DNA from: Candidatus Rifleibacteriota bacterium
Lineage (GTDB): Bacteria > Muiribacteriota > Ozemobacteria > Ozemobacterales > Ozemobacteraceae
NCBI GenBank assembly: GCA_015233155.1
Contig: JADFYG010000010.1
Coordinates: 34,507-98,506 of the forward strand
DNA: 64,000 bases
Direction of reading: 5' to 3'
A model generated the notes under the pieces. The model had not been told where the DNA came from. It was given only the letters and a program-made list of their open reading frames with translations, and ran no database searches. The translations under genes and the position numbers were made by a program. Below, piece after piece: positions 9,968-19,618 of the stretch (position 1 is its first letter; each line of letters starts with the position of its first letter).

Positions 9968-11025
9968 TTGTTCGAGACGACAGTCCTTTTGCTCAAGCGC
10001 TTATGTTCGTGGAAAGCCGTGATCCTCAGGCACGCCAGGATGGGATAGCGCTACTTGCCGAAATCGGGGACGCGCGCAGTCTTGAGGTCGTGCGCGTGCT
10101 TCAGAACGATGAGGATCCCGATGTTCGCGCTGCCGCCCGACCGGTATACCAGTCGCTCATAGATAAGGGACTTCATCCGCGTTTACGGCCTGGTGATGAG
10201 CTGCAACGCGAAAAATCCCCGCTCTCGCACCCCACGGAAATCCTGGATGAAGCCTTCTTTCTGATCACGCGCAATTTCGACAGAATCGTCTCGGCCTCTT
10301 TGCGAAGCGGAAGTATAAAAATCTTAACGGGGTTCCTGTTTATATGTGCCCCATATTGGCTGAGCTCCGCCGATTCTTCCTGGCTCCAACAGGAAGCATA
10401 CAGCATATTTATCTGGTTGTTCGTCATTCACCAGGTGCTGGTACGCCCATACGCCTGGGAGACAACCGGCCGTGCCATACTGGCTAACTATCCTGAAAAA
10501 AGCGTTCGCAAGGCTGCCATCGGCGAGTTTTCCAGCTATCGCTTCCAGCAAATTTTCTTTGGAAACGCATTATTTCGTCTGGTGATGTTGGGCCCCATAC
10601 TGTTTTTCTGGCAAAGTCTGCTGGTTCAAATTAATCATTATACCTCTCTCGATCCACTCTATGTAGCACTTGCCATAGCCTTTATGGCTTTCATACTGTA
10701 TCTGAATCCTTTTTTTATGCCGCTTCATATTTTAAGCGGCAAGCCTGTTACAGCGACGATTTCAGAGAGCATCGAACTGGGCGGCCAGAAGCGCTGGGTG
10801 TTGAACGGCATATATTTAAATTTCCTTGCAATGACACTGGGCCTATATATCATGCTTGGCATGAACGTATTGTTCATTTTACAAATGTTATTTAATGTAG
10901 ATCACAGCGGATGCATTGTCGGCGCCATTTTAATTGCCGATGCCATCATAGACCCGCTCTGGATGTCCTGTCGTTTGCTCATTACGCGACTCTGCATGAA
11001 CAGCTCGTCTCTGGAGGGCATATGA
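9964..11025 (+). CDS. HEAT-repeat membrane protein
   Basis: N-terminal HEAT repeat (DEDPDVRAAA) followed by about 6 TM helices; ATGA overlaps on both sides. Confidence 0.65.
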   Translation: MIVRDDSPFAQALMFVESRDPQARQDGIALLAEIGDARSLEVVRVLQNDEDPDVRAAARPVYQSLIDKGLHPRLRPGDELQREKSPLSHPTEILDEAFFLITRNFDRIVSASLRSGSIKILTGFLFICAPYWLSSADSSWLQQEAYSIFIWLFVIHQVLVRPYAWETTGRAILANYPEKSVRKAAIGEFSSYRFQQIFFGNALFRLVMLGPILFFWQSLLVQINHYTSLDPLYVALAIAFMAFILYLNPFFMPLHILSGKPVTATISESIELGGQKRWVLNGIYLNFLAMTLGLYIMLGMNVLFILQMLFNVDHSGCIVGAILIADAIIDPLWMSCRLLITRLCMNSSSLEGI

Positions 11026-12494
11026 AACTATCTTCTAACTCTTTTAGAGCCTGTCTTCCGATCATTTTTCTGTCTGTCGCAACTATGGCATCAGCGGTTT
11101 CTTTTAAGGCATTTGAAACCATAACTGAGAGTATTCAGACATCGCATGACAACTCAGGCAGTATCACCACCGGAGCCACCGAATGGGCAAGCCTACTTGG
11201 GAAGCTCGCCAGAATAAAAAGCATTTCGATCGACAAAAACGAGTATCCTGCGGATTTCGAGTGGGTGGAATCATCCTGGATCGAGATCAGCAAGATAAAA
11301 AATGATGTTCAGCGCAGAACAGCAGCAGAGGCCTTTTTCGACACGATCGATGGCCTTGTACGCGCCTATCATGCTCCGATCAACAAAACCTGGAACCCCA
11401 ACGTAATACGTGCGAACTTCCAGCAAGCCATAAAAGATACCCGACCCGTCGATGAATCAATTATCGCCCAGGGTTACAACATTTCCATCCGTGATATCTG
11501 CCCAGACGGGTACTATGTCCAAGGTATCATGGGAGAAGTAACCGCAATGCGGTTGATTGCGAACTCTTTTAAAGCCTCCTGCGATGTCAAAGAAACCTCC
11601 AATAATGTCACCACGCACTATTCCTCATCCGGTTCGACAGGCGGGGCCGTCTATTCCGGCACATCGGGCGGACGGGTGACCTTTCCGACTTCCGGCACTG
11701 GAACAGGCACAAAGACCAGCACGAATCAAACCAGTCTACCAAACCCCGGAAGCATCGTGGGCAGTTCGATTGCAACAACGAATCAAAGCGGGTATTCCGG
11801 CGGAAGTGTGAATTCAGTTTCTCCCGGAAACTTAGTCAATACGCCATTAACATATGAGGGAGGGAGTTCAGTTTCACGCCCTAACATCGTGGCAACAAAA
11901 GTGACTCCACCAAGCTCCGCGCAGCCATTCCATTCAACTCCGCCGTCATCCCCACCGTCATATCCGACTTCATCCCACATTCCGGAAGCAGTTCCCGTTG
12001 TTATAGGTCTTGGCCTCGGCGGCATCGGAATGATCTTTTTCATCTCCATTCTGGTGTCGATGGTGCTTTCATTTTTTGGACTTTTGTATTACATCTTCAA
12101 AACCGCGAAAAAAAATCTCACATCCCCTGCCCCTATTACTGTCGTAATGGAGCAGTCGATCATCTCCGCGGAACATGTCCATATTCCCACACTTCATGAA
12201 GACGCCGTTTTGCTGGCCCGGCAAGGAAAATATGACCATGCGATTCGGCTGCTCACAGTTGGATCCATGCTTCTCCTCGATGAACGCAGGGTGCTCAACT
12301 TCCAAAACTCCATCACGAATGGCGAATATCTTAGAAACCTCATTGAATGTGAGCATGAAGAGCTGCAATCTCTCTGGCGTATTCCACTGAATCTTTTCGA
12401 CAATCTCATATATGGTTTCAAAGTACCGGGTTGGGACGAATTCGCTGTTTTTGAGACACTATATCTCAAATTACGCGACATGAAAGGCATCTGA
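11022..12494 (+). CDS. DUF4129-like protein with signal peptide, Ser/Thr/Gly/Pro-rich linker and TM helix
   Basis: ATG 11022 after ggagg; C-terminal A..G.Y..AIRLL...LD...TNGEYL...F....YG signature. Confidence 0.7.
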   Translation: MKLSSNSFRACLPIIFLSVATMASAVSFKAFETITESIQTSHDNSGSITTGATEWASLLGKLARIKSISIDKNEYPADFEWVESSWIEISKIKNDVQRRTAAEAFFDTIDGLVRAYHAPINKTWNPNVIRANFQQAIKDTRPVDESIIAQGYNISIRDICPDGYYVQGIMGEVTAMRLIANSFKASCDVKETSNNVTTHYSSSGSTGGAVYSGTSGGRVTFPTSGTGTGTKTSTNQTSLPNPGSIVGSSIATTNQSGYSGGSVNSVSPGNLVNTPLTYEGGSSVSRPNIVATKVTPPSSAQPFHSTPPSSPPSYPTSSHIPEAVPVVIGLGLGGIGMIFFISILVSMVLSFFGLLYYIFKTAKKNLTSPAPITVVMEQSIISAEHVHIPTLHEDAVLLARQGKYDHAIRLLTVGSMLLLDERRVLNFQNSITNGEYLRNLIECEHEELQSLWRIPLNLFDNLIYGFKVPGWDEFAVFETLYLKLRDMKGI

Positions 12495-12499
12495 ATCAT

Positions 12500-13732
12500 A
12501 TGGACAGACTAAAAGGCTATTTCATACTGATCCTTTCACTGTTCGTTTTTTCGATGTGGGGCATCAATCTGATAAGCCTCGCTCAGATTGAAACAGAAAT
12601 TCCAGGGATTCCTTCCAGCGAACGTACTGAAACACACACAACCGAGGTTGCTCCAAAACCATTCCTGTATTTTTTCCTCAAAAACGCAGGCTTTGAAGTA
12701 CGTCTTATATCCGGTGTCCCAACAGTAAATCAGCCACTTTTGATCGTCGACCCGCCCGTAAAACTCGATGCCACCTTTAATCAGGCTCTTTTACGATGGG
12801 TGCGGGCAGGCGGAACGCTTGTAATAGTGAACTCGAGCTCATCCACCCCGCTGCAATTAGCGTCTTCTCTCGGTGCAGAGCCGGCTTCCCAGGATTCAGT
12901 CGAACGGCCGATCGCCACGGGCTTATTTCCAAATATGAAAGATGTGGGAACTCTGAATATCACGAGCGGATATAATACCCCTTCCACGAATCCCTTTCAT
13001 CTGTTTTTCAAGCGTGATGATGGCGCGTCACCTGTCATGGAAACCTGGCGAGGAAGCGGAAACGTCATTTTGATTAATGGATCTGATTTTTCCAGTCCCA
13101 ATGGACTGAAGCAGGCGGACAATGTGATCTGGCTGGTCAGATTGCTTGAATCGATCTCTCCCGGCCATCAACTGACAATGCTGGATCCGAGGATAATCAT
13201 AAATGTTGTTTCGCGAACCACGACTGGTGTTGCCGCAACTCCCTCCCGAAAAATTTCCAAAACCTTTGTATCGCTCTGGAGTCTGATCAGCTCGAATCCT
13301 ATAAGTTGGGTCCTGGCACAGCTTGCCTTTGCCTTGCTTGCTTACTTCTACGCTCTGGGACGCCGATTCGGCCGTCCGATTCCACTTTCATCAGCCACTA
13401 CCTCCCATGATTCCTTCATTACCGGCATGGGACGCCTTCTGCACCGCAGATGCTCTTCCGCTTTCGCGGCACAACACATTCAGCAATCGATTATATCTTC
13501 CATGCGACCACGTCTGGGGCTTCCGCCAAATGCCGATATGACCGCTGTTGTCAGCCGCTTCGGAGTCCTGTATCCACAACATCTGAAACAATTTCGGGCC
13601 TCTCTGCTGGGGCTTACAGAGTTGAGTACCAAAGGAGTCGCGACAGCCGCGACTCAGGAGGACGAAGCAGCATTACTGAAGCATGTTAGAGGTTTGGAGA
13701 CCATTCGAAAGGAATTGAAGATACATGATTGA
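12500..13732 (+). CDS. DUF4350-like membrane protein
   Basis: LLRWVRAGGTLVI, G.GNVILI, N.GL..ADN and GRRFGRPIP motifs; position immediately before MoxR. Confidence 0.75.
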   Translation: MDRLKGYFILILSLFVFSMWGINLISLAQIETEIPGIPSSERTETHTTEVAPKPFLYFFLKNAGFEVRLISGVPTVNQPLLIVDPPVKLDATFNQALLRWVRAGGTLVIVNSSSSTPLQLASSLGAEPASQDSVERPIATGLFPNMKDVGTLNITSGYNTPSTNPFHLFFKRDDGASPVMETWRGSGNVILINGSDFSSPNGLKQADNVIWLVRLLESISPGHQLTMLDPRIIINVVSRTTTGVAATPSRKISKTFVSLWSLISSNPISWVLAQLAFALLAYFYALGRRFGRPIPLSSATTSHDSFITGMGRLLHRRCSSAFAAQHIQQSIISSMRPRLGLPPNADMTAVVSRFGVLYPQHLKQFRASLLGLTELSTKGVATAATQEDEAALLKHVRGLETIRKELKIHD

Positions 13733-14684
13733 AATCCCACAGGTAAAAGAGCTCATCGGCCAGATGAAGGCCGAGATCAAAAAGGTCATAGTCGGCCAGG
13801 AAAGAGTTGTTGATCTGATTATTGCGGCCCTTCTGATTCGAGGACACGTGTTGATAGAAGGCGTCCCGGGAACCGCGAAGACGCTGACCGTTAAAACCAT
13901 TTCCCGAATCATCGGCGCGGGTTTCCGGCGATTGCAGATGACTCCTGATCTGATGCCATCGGACGTTGTCGGAACGACTGTGTACGATGTAAAGACAGGA
14001 GAATTTCGTGTCCAGAAGGGGCCAATCTTCAGCGATCTCATATTGGTCGACGAAATAAATCGTGCTCCGGCGAAGACTCAGTCGGCTCTGCTCGAATGCA
14101 TGGAGGAGCGCCAGGTAACCATTGAGGGGAATCGTTTCGATCTTTCTCCTATATTTATGGTGCTTGCCACCCAGAATCCGCTCGAATATGAAGGCACATA
14201 CGCGTTGCCAGAGGCCCAGCTGGATCGTTTCATGTTTAAAATACTGATCTCATACCCGGAAGGCTCCGAGGAAAATCAAGTACTCGAAAAATTCGAAGCG
14301 GGTTTCCGCGCTGATGAACTCAAGAATGTCGGTCTTTCCGTTTTGGCCGACGTTGAGAAAGTTCGCGCCTGTCAAGAAGCCATCCGCGCAGTAAAAACAA
14401 AGCCGGGAATCATAGACTATATAACCGGGCTTGTACGTTTAACCCGCACATGGAACGACCTCCAGGTTGGCGGTGGAGTGCGCTCCTCTATTGGCTTGCA
14501 TCTGGCATCAAAAGCCGTCGCCCTGATGGATGGCCGCGACTTCGTCACACCGGACGACGTAAAAGCAGTGATTTTCCCGGTGATGCGTCACCGTATCATT
14601 CTAAAACCGGAAGCTGAAATCGAAGGAATTACCCCGGACGATGCCTTGAAGGCAATCGTAGGGCAGGTAAAGGTTCCGCGGTGA
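13725..14684 (+). CDS. moxR: MoxR-family AAA+ ATPase
   Basis: GHVLIEGVPGTAKT, TPDLMPSD, DEINRAPAKTQSALLE, ATQNPLEYEGTY.LPEAQLDRF. Confidence 0.95.
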   Translation: MIEIPQVKELIGQMKAEIKKVIVGQERVVDLIIAALLIRGHVLIEGVPGTAKTLTVKTISRIIGAGFRRLQMTPDLMPSDVVGTTVYDVKTGEFRVQKGPIFSDLILVDEINRAPAKTQSALLECMEERQVTIEGNRFDLSPIFMVLATQNPLEYEGTYALPEAQLDRFMFKILISYPEGSEENQVLEKFEAGFRADELKNVGLSVLADVEKVRACQEAIRAVKTKPGIIDYITGLVRLTRTWNDLQVGGGVRSSIGLHLASKAVALMDGRDFVTPDDVKAVIFPVMRHRIILKPEAEIEGITPDDALKAIVGQVKVPR

Positions 14685-16207
14685 GCGAAAACGGGAAACC
14701 GGAAAAAGCAAAGCCGAGTCGTCTGACTCTCGGCTACCTGACAAGCATTCTGGGGCTTGTCGGGGGTATTTATGCCGCCCTCACATGGCCGAATATAGTC
14801 TGTCCGGGGGCTATTATCATTGCTCTGGTCCTGAAAATAATCGAGCCATATCTTCCAGAGGCTCCCAGGTTCAAGCTTCTGGATAATTTGGCCAATGTTG
14901 CCGTAACAACTCGTGTCATTCTTTTGGCGTTATGTGGAACATTACCCCTGATGCTGGCTTCCTCCCATACCCAGGCGATATCGTTCATGATCGCATACGA
15001 CATCCTGCTTTTTCTCATGATTTACATAGATCTTCGTATTTCCCCGAAACTCGAAGACATTGAAGTAAGTCGTGTTATATCGGGCAAACTTTCTCTCGAT
15101 GAACCGAATGAAGTATTTCTCCGGCTCAGGAATCACTCTGGCCGTCGGTTGTTTGTGACTCTGCGCGACGAGTATCCAAGAGGTTTTCATGCAAGCCATC
15201 GCGAACTTGATACTCCGGTGGAACGACGTAGTGAGGCGGTTGTCAAATATCGCGTAACTCCCTCGCATCGCGGGGATTTCCTCTTCGGAAATCTGGTAAT
15301 ACGCTATCGCGGGATTTTTGAACTCGTCGAACGTCAGAAAGTAATCGAAGCGCCAACCAAAGTCGAGGTGTATCCGAATTTAAGAAATATCTCGCGATTC
15401 GAATTATCCGTGAAACGCCGGCACCTCGGAGAAATCGGACTCAAACCCGAACGTCGGCGCGGCTCCGGAACCGAATTTGAAAGCCTTCGCGAATATGTCC
15501 CGGGCGATGAATTCCGTAAGATTGACTGGAAGGCCTCCGCACGCAAGGGCAAGATGATTTCACGTGATTATCAGTCTGAAACCAACCAGTCCGTCGTCAT
15601 TGCGATCGACTGTAGTCGTCCGATGGGTGCCCACGCAGGGAAGTTGACTTTGCTCGATTTTGCGGTGAATGCCTCGCTTTTGCTGGGCTGGCAGATATTG
15701 AAAAAGGAAGACAAAATCGGTTTGCTGACATTTTCCGATCAGGTGCATTCCTTCACGCCCCCGAAACGCGGGAAGCGTCACTACCAACAGTTCCTTAAAA
15801 GTATCTACAATCTTCAATCCCGCCCTGTAGAGCCCGATTATGATAAGCCATTGCGTTTTCTGATGGGAGCTCGCATGAAACGCTCACTGATCATTATTTT
15901 GACCGATCTGACTGCGGGAGATGCTGCTTCGCGGCTCCGGGAGACAATCGGGCTGTTGAGTCGCAAGCATCTTCCGATCGTTATTTCCATAGTCACTCCT
16001 GAGGTATGTGAATCGGCCGCCAAACTCCCGGATTCAAATGAAGATGTCTACAGAAAAATCATCGCCATAGATATGCTCAATCGTGTAAAACAATCGAAGA
16101 AGGCCATGACAGCACTTGGTGTGACCGCCATTTCAATGCAGCCACATGAACTATGCTCCGGCCTGTTGTCGAACTATATGTCAGTCAAGCTGCGGGGGCG
16201 AATCTAG
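14681..16207 (+). CDS. DUF58 (vWA-like) protein
   Basis: GTEFESLREYVPGDEFRKIDWKASAR, IAIDCSRPM, IILTDL. Confidence 0.9.
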   Translation: MSENGKPEKAKPSRLTLGYLTSILGLVGGIYAALTWPNIVCPGAIIIALVLKIIEPYLPEAPRFKLLDNLANVAVTTRVILLALCGTLPLMLASSHTQAISFMIAYDILLFLMIYIDLRISPKLEDIEVSRVISGKLSLDEPNEVFLRLRNHSGRRLFVTLRDEYPRGFHASHRELDTPVERRSEAVVKYRVTPSHRGDFLFGNLVIRYRGIFELVERQKVIEAPTKVEVYPNLRNISRFELSVKRRHLGEIGLKPERRRGSGTEFESLREYVPGDEFRKIDWKASARKGKMISRDYQSETNQSVVIAIDCSRPMGAHAGKLTLLDFAVNASLLLGWQILKKEDKIGLLTFSDQVHSFTPPKRGKRHYQQFLKSIYNLQSRPVEPDYDKPLRFLMGARMKRSLIIILTDLTAGDAASRLRETIGLLSRKHLPIVISIVTPEVCESAAKLPDSNEDVYRKIIAIDMLNRVKQSKKAMTALGVTAISMQPHELCSGLLSNYMSVKLRGRI

Positions 16208-16304
16208 ATATAAGACACTGTTTTGTCGTAATAAGAGCCTGTCAGAAAATAACCGAGGCACAAAGGTTAGTTTCCCGCAGGCTCTTATTTCATAACATAG
16301 GGGC

Positions 16305-17258
16305 CTATTTTGCGACTGATGCGCTTCCCTTGCCCATTTCCTGATCGATAAGGCCAATAAGATCGTCCAGTTCCGGTTTGGCGAGACAGTGATCGGCGCC
16401 GACCTGCGTGCATTTGCGGGCCATTTCGTCATTTATCATCGATGAAAACATTATGATAGGCACTCCGGACGTTTCCGCATTGCTCTTGATATTTCTGCAG
16501 AAGGTCAGTCCATCCATGATCGGCATCTCTATATCAGATACGATCACATCGAGAACGTCGATTAGCTTCTTATTTTGAGCGGCGCCTTTTTGTTGAAAAG
16601 AGTGAACAATTTTCAACGCCTCTTCACCGTTAGCCGCGACATTGACATGTTTGAATCCTGACGCAGTAAGCTTGTTGATGATCTTTGTCTGAATCACCTT
16701 GGAGTCTTCCACTATAAGCAGATTTGCATTAGCACGCCTGTCTGAACCGTCACCCTTGGAAATAGCCGAAGGCGCGTCGGACATTGCACTTCCGGGAAAT
16801 ATATCATTAATGATGCATTCAAAATCAAGAATGAGAATTTCACGTTTTTCTATGTGGAAAGAGCCGGTAATGAATGATGAATGATGGGTCAGAATGGGAT
16901 GCATAGGAGTAAAATCCGCCCAGGAAATACGGTGAATACGAGAAACGCCATCGACCAGAAAAGCATTGATCGACTGGTTGAATTCAGAAATCAGAATGAC
17001 CTGGCGAGTTCCTTCCGAAGCTGGTGGAAGATTAAGTATCTTATGAAGGTCAATAAGGGGGACTGCATGGCCGCGAAAAATTATAGTTCCGAGAACTCCG
17101 GGGGGCTCACCTATCAGGAATGTGACGTTTGACGCCATATAAAGAACAATTTCGCGAATCTTCGCTACGTTGATACCGTAGCTTTGTTTTCCCATATAAA
17201 ACTCGGCGACTTCGAGTTCGTTCGTACCACTTTCCAACAGAATTTCAGTCTTAGCCAT
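16305..17258 (-). CDS. cheV: Chemotaxis protein CheV (CheW + receiver)
   Basis: ILLESGTNELE, YGINVAKIREI, VEDS, SDIEMPIMDG, C-terminal KP. Confidence 0.92.
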   Translation of the reverse strand: MAKTEILLESGTNELEVAEFYMGKQSYGINVAKIREIVLYMASNVTFLIGEPPGVLGTIIFRGHAVPLIDLHKILNLPPASEGTRQVILISEFNQSINAFLVDGVSRIHRISWADFTPMHPILTHHSSFITGSFHIEKREILILDFECIINDIFPGSAMSDAPSAISKGDGSDRRANANLLIVEDSKVIQTKIINKLTASGFKHVNVAANGEEALKIVHSFQQKGAAQNKKLIDVLDVIVSDIEMPIMDGLTFCRNIKSNAETSGVPIIMFSSMINDEMARKCTQVGADHCLAKPELDDLIGLIDQEMGKGSASVAK

Positions 17259-17382
17259 GGTTGTTTCCTCTCTTTGAGAAGATTCAATAACAACTTATCA
17301 ATCCCAGGTCAGTAAATCGACTATCATTTATTGATGATAACACATCTTCACGCTTTTGGCATGATCATGAAAGAGATTCCCG

Positions 17383-18465
17383 TCATCTCAAAAGCGGGCT
17401 GGCTGCATCGACAGATTCGGAGCGCCTTCGGAACAACTCTTTCAGGCGTTCCAGCGAAATCCCGCCCATTGCCAGATAAATGAGAATCAATTCAATCAAT
17501 AACGCACCGATAAGATATCGCCAGATCACATCGATACTCACCAAGGGGGTAATTTGCGCCTCGACAAACGCCGCAAGTATAAACATGGGAAAAGCCCCGG
17601 CAATGATTTTCACGGCATCGAGTCCTTCCTGGGCCAGCCAGTCCCGGCGCCGGTGCGGACCGGGTTTAATAAGAGCGAACGCAATAATGAAGCCTGCCCC
17701 GCTACACAGAAAAATGGTGATCAGTTCAATGCTGAGATGGGGAAATATAAGAGAACCGGTTGAAGCGAGACGGCCGGCCCCCTGAGCCATCGACACGATG
17801 CCTCCCAGCATTATCCCATTTATTATAAGCATATATATTGTGCCCAGACCGAAGGGTAATCCTCCAAGAAAGGCAAGAATCGCGACCTGTATATTGTGCG
17901 TGAGAGTCGCAGTTGTAAATGTCATCTGATCTGTAGAAGAACCGTATTGATAAAGACTCGCCTCAATACAAGATTTTAATTTCGCAGGAATTACCAGATC
18001 TAGAAGCTTCGAATCGTGACTTATACAGAGAAAACCTATGGAGAAAGAAAAAGCGTAAATCAAAAATGCGACCAGGAAATAGTGAATTCTAGCCCGCACC
18101 AAACGAGGAAATTCAGACCAGTAAAATGTAACGATATCCATGACGCGAAGCGACGGCTTCCGGTAAATCTGGGAGTAGGCACGCCCCACCAGGCCGTTCA
18201 GGTTTCCCGCAAGAATTGCATCACCCCGCGCACGCGCCTTTCCAAGATCGGTAAGAGTCTTTTGGTACAGCATCCCGATCTCACAGACATCCTGCGGAGT
18301 GGCGTCGAACAGGGAAGTTTCCATGCGGGTGAGAATCTCGTCAAGGCGGTCCCAGCGTCGCTCTGGAAGCTCTTCGGATGCCGATGATGATTTTTTGCGG
18401 GAGGAGAATTCTGTCGTCGAACTGCTTGAACTGGTCATTGTATCATTACTCCTCGACTGTTCCAT
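17383..18465 (-). CDS. Stage II sporulation protein M-like membrane protein (DUF95)
   Basis: Y....DL..AR; LNGLVGRAYSQIY; HNIQVA..AF.GG...G.GT....NG..LG; PHLSIEL; AAFVEA.ITP. Confidence 0.85.
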   Translation of the reverse strand: MEQSRSNDTMTSSSSSTTEFSSRKKSSSASEELPERRWDRLDEILTRMETSLFDATPQDVCEIGMLYQKTLTDLGKARARGDAILAGNLNGLVGRAYSQIYRKPSLRVMDIVTFYWSEFPRLVRARIHYFLVAFLIYAFSFSIGFLCISHDSKLLDLVIPAKLKSCIEASLYQYGSSTDQMTFTTATLTHNIQVAILAFLGGLPFGLGTIYMLIINGIMLGGIVSMAQGAGRLASTGSLIFPHLSIELITIFLCSGAGFIIAFALIKPGPHRRRDWLAQEGLDAVKIIAGAFPMFILAAFVEAQITPLVSIDVIWRYLIGALLIELILIYLAMGGISLERLKELFRRRSESVDAASPLLR

Positions 18466-18955
18466 GAATTACGCAACTGATGCGGCCTTTATCGGTGGAA
18501 AGATCGCCGATACTGTAATATGAACAAGATATCTCAACATGAGAAAGAGGCGCTTTCAAATACTTCTCGTTTACCAGGAATCCGTTGTTCATAGCATCCG
18601 AATCAGAAATTTTATTAACCATCACGGAGTGATCCATGTTGTACATTTCTACTGCACCCAACAAGACACGCATATTCGCATAGCAGGCTTTTTTCCGGGC
18701 TTCCTCGCGCGCTTTGCCAAACCCCGGGTAGGCGATAGAGGAAACCACCATCAATATACCTATTACAATGAGTATCAATAACCAGGGCCCCCCGGCTTCA
18801 GAAGAGACGCTACCCGGGGGTGGGAAAAAGATAACCTGGTCAGTATCAGAATCAACATCCGCTATCTCGAAGCCGCAGGAACGACAGAAATGATTAGTTT
18901 CCTGTGCAGTCGCTCCGCATCCGTTGCAGAACCGATCCTTGAGGAACATCGACAT
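18446..18955 (-). CDS. Zinc-ribbon fused to a type IV pilin-like domain
   Basis: CxxC...CxxC N-terminus; hydrophobic helix IVIGILMVVSSIAYPGFGKAREEARKKACYANMRVLLGAVEMYNMDH; C-terminal CVIHG. Confidence 0.7.
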   Translation of the reverse strand: MSMFLKDRFCNGCGATAQETNHFCRSCGFEIADVDSDTDQVIFFPPPGSVSSEAGGPWLLILIVIGILMVVSSIAYPGFGKAREEARKKACYANMRVLLGAVEMYNMDHSVMVNKISDSDAMNNGFLVNEKYLKAPLSHVEISCSYYSIGDLSTDKGRISCVIHGTVEE

Positions 18956-19014
18956 TGCAGGCTCCAGAATGCTACTTTCTTATATTCTAGTCTGATTTCC
19001 AAAAAAACACCAGA

Positions 19015-19284
19015 TTACTTCACCCATTCCACGAGATATATGCACAACACAATGACTCCGACAATAACACCAAAAAAAATATTCATGAGAGAAATTCCGG
19101 GTTCTTTGACTTCCTGAGAGATGTCGTTTGGGGCAAAGTTTTCCGGGGTTGGAAAGAAAGTAACCTGATCAATGTCCGAATCCGCATCTGATATTTCGAA
19201 GCCGCATGAACGGCAGAACCTATAATTATCCCGCGCCAAAACCCCGCATCCGCAACAGAATCTATCCTTGAGGAACAGCGTCAT
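19015..19284 (-). CDS. Small zinc-ribbon membrane protein, paralog of the N-terminus of 18446-18955
   Basis: MTLFLKDRFCCGCG...FCRSCGFEISDADSDIDQVTFFP plus C-terminal TM helix. Confidence 0.7.
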   Translation of the reverse strand: MTLFLKDRFCCGCGVLARDNYRFCRSCGFEISDADSDIDQVTFFPTPENFAPNDISQEVKEPGISLMNIFFGVIVGVIVLCIYLVEWVK

Positions 19285-19333
19285 GTCTGATGACTCCAGA
19301 ATACTATGTAGGTGTATTGAATTTTGTTTTATC

Positions 19334-19358
19334 GGGCGGGTTTGAAACCCGCCCCTAC
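19334..19358 (-). repeat. Single GTAG-type REP
   Basis: gggcgggtttgaaacccgcccctac hairpin; second copy at 54243-54266. Confidence 0.8.
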
Positions 19359-19460
19359 GATACAAATGACCGAATACATAAACAAATTTCTTTGCGCTTC
19401 TGTATATCTGCCTTTATTCTAGTCCAATTTGCCTGAAAACGCCAAATCAGTATCGCTTCG

Positions 19461-19618
19461 CGGGGCAAACGCATTAAAAATAAGGAATTGGCCTATAGCG
19501 CAGCTCATAATGAGGGAACTATGAGTAAGGTAGGGCGTGACCGCCGGGCACGCCGAAGCGCGAAGCGGCGCGCCCAGCGGTCGCGCCCTACCACAGAACT
19601 TTTAATGCGTTTGCCCTG
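19461..19618 (+). mobile_element. MITE-like element D (type Y TIRs) inserted in a gene 3' end
   Basis: cggggcaaacgcattaaaa...ttttaatgcgtttgccctg; flanks tatcgcttcg and tatcgcatcg (9/10); REP pair core. Confidence 0.85.

Noticed and set aside
10911-11021. Longer ORF-track starts (10911, 30919, 20639, 19365, 25531)
   Set aside because: They overlap neighbouring genes or repeats; downstream ATGs have an RBS, an ATGA overlap or match a paralog start.
17383-18465. Sporulation locus (SpoIIM and SpoIIE names)
   Set aside because: Both domain families are widespread in non-sporulating bacteria; the context is a MoxR module and a generic PP2C sensor.
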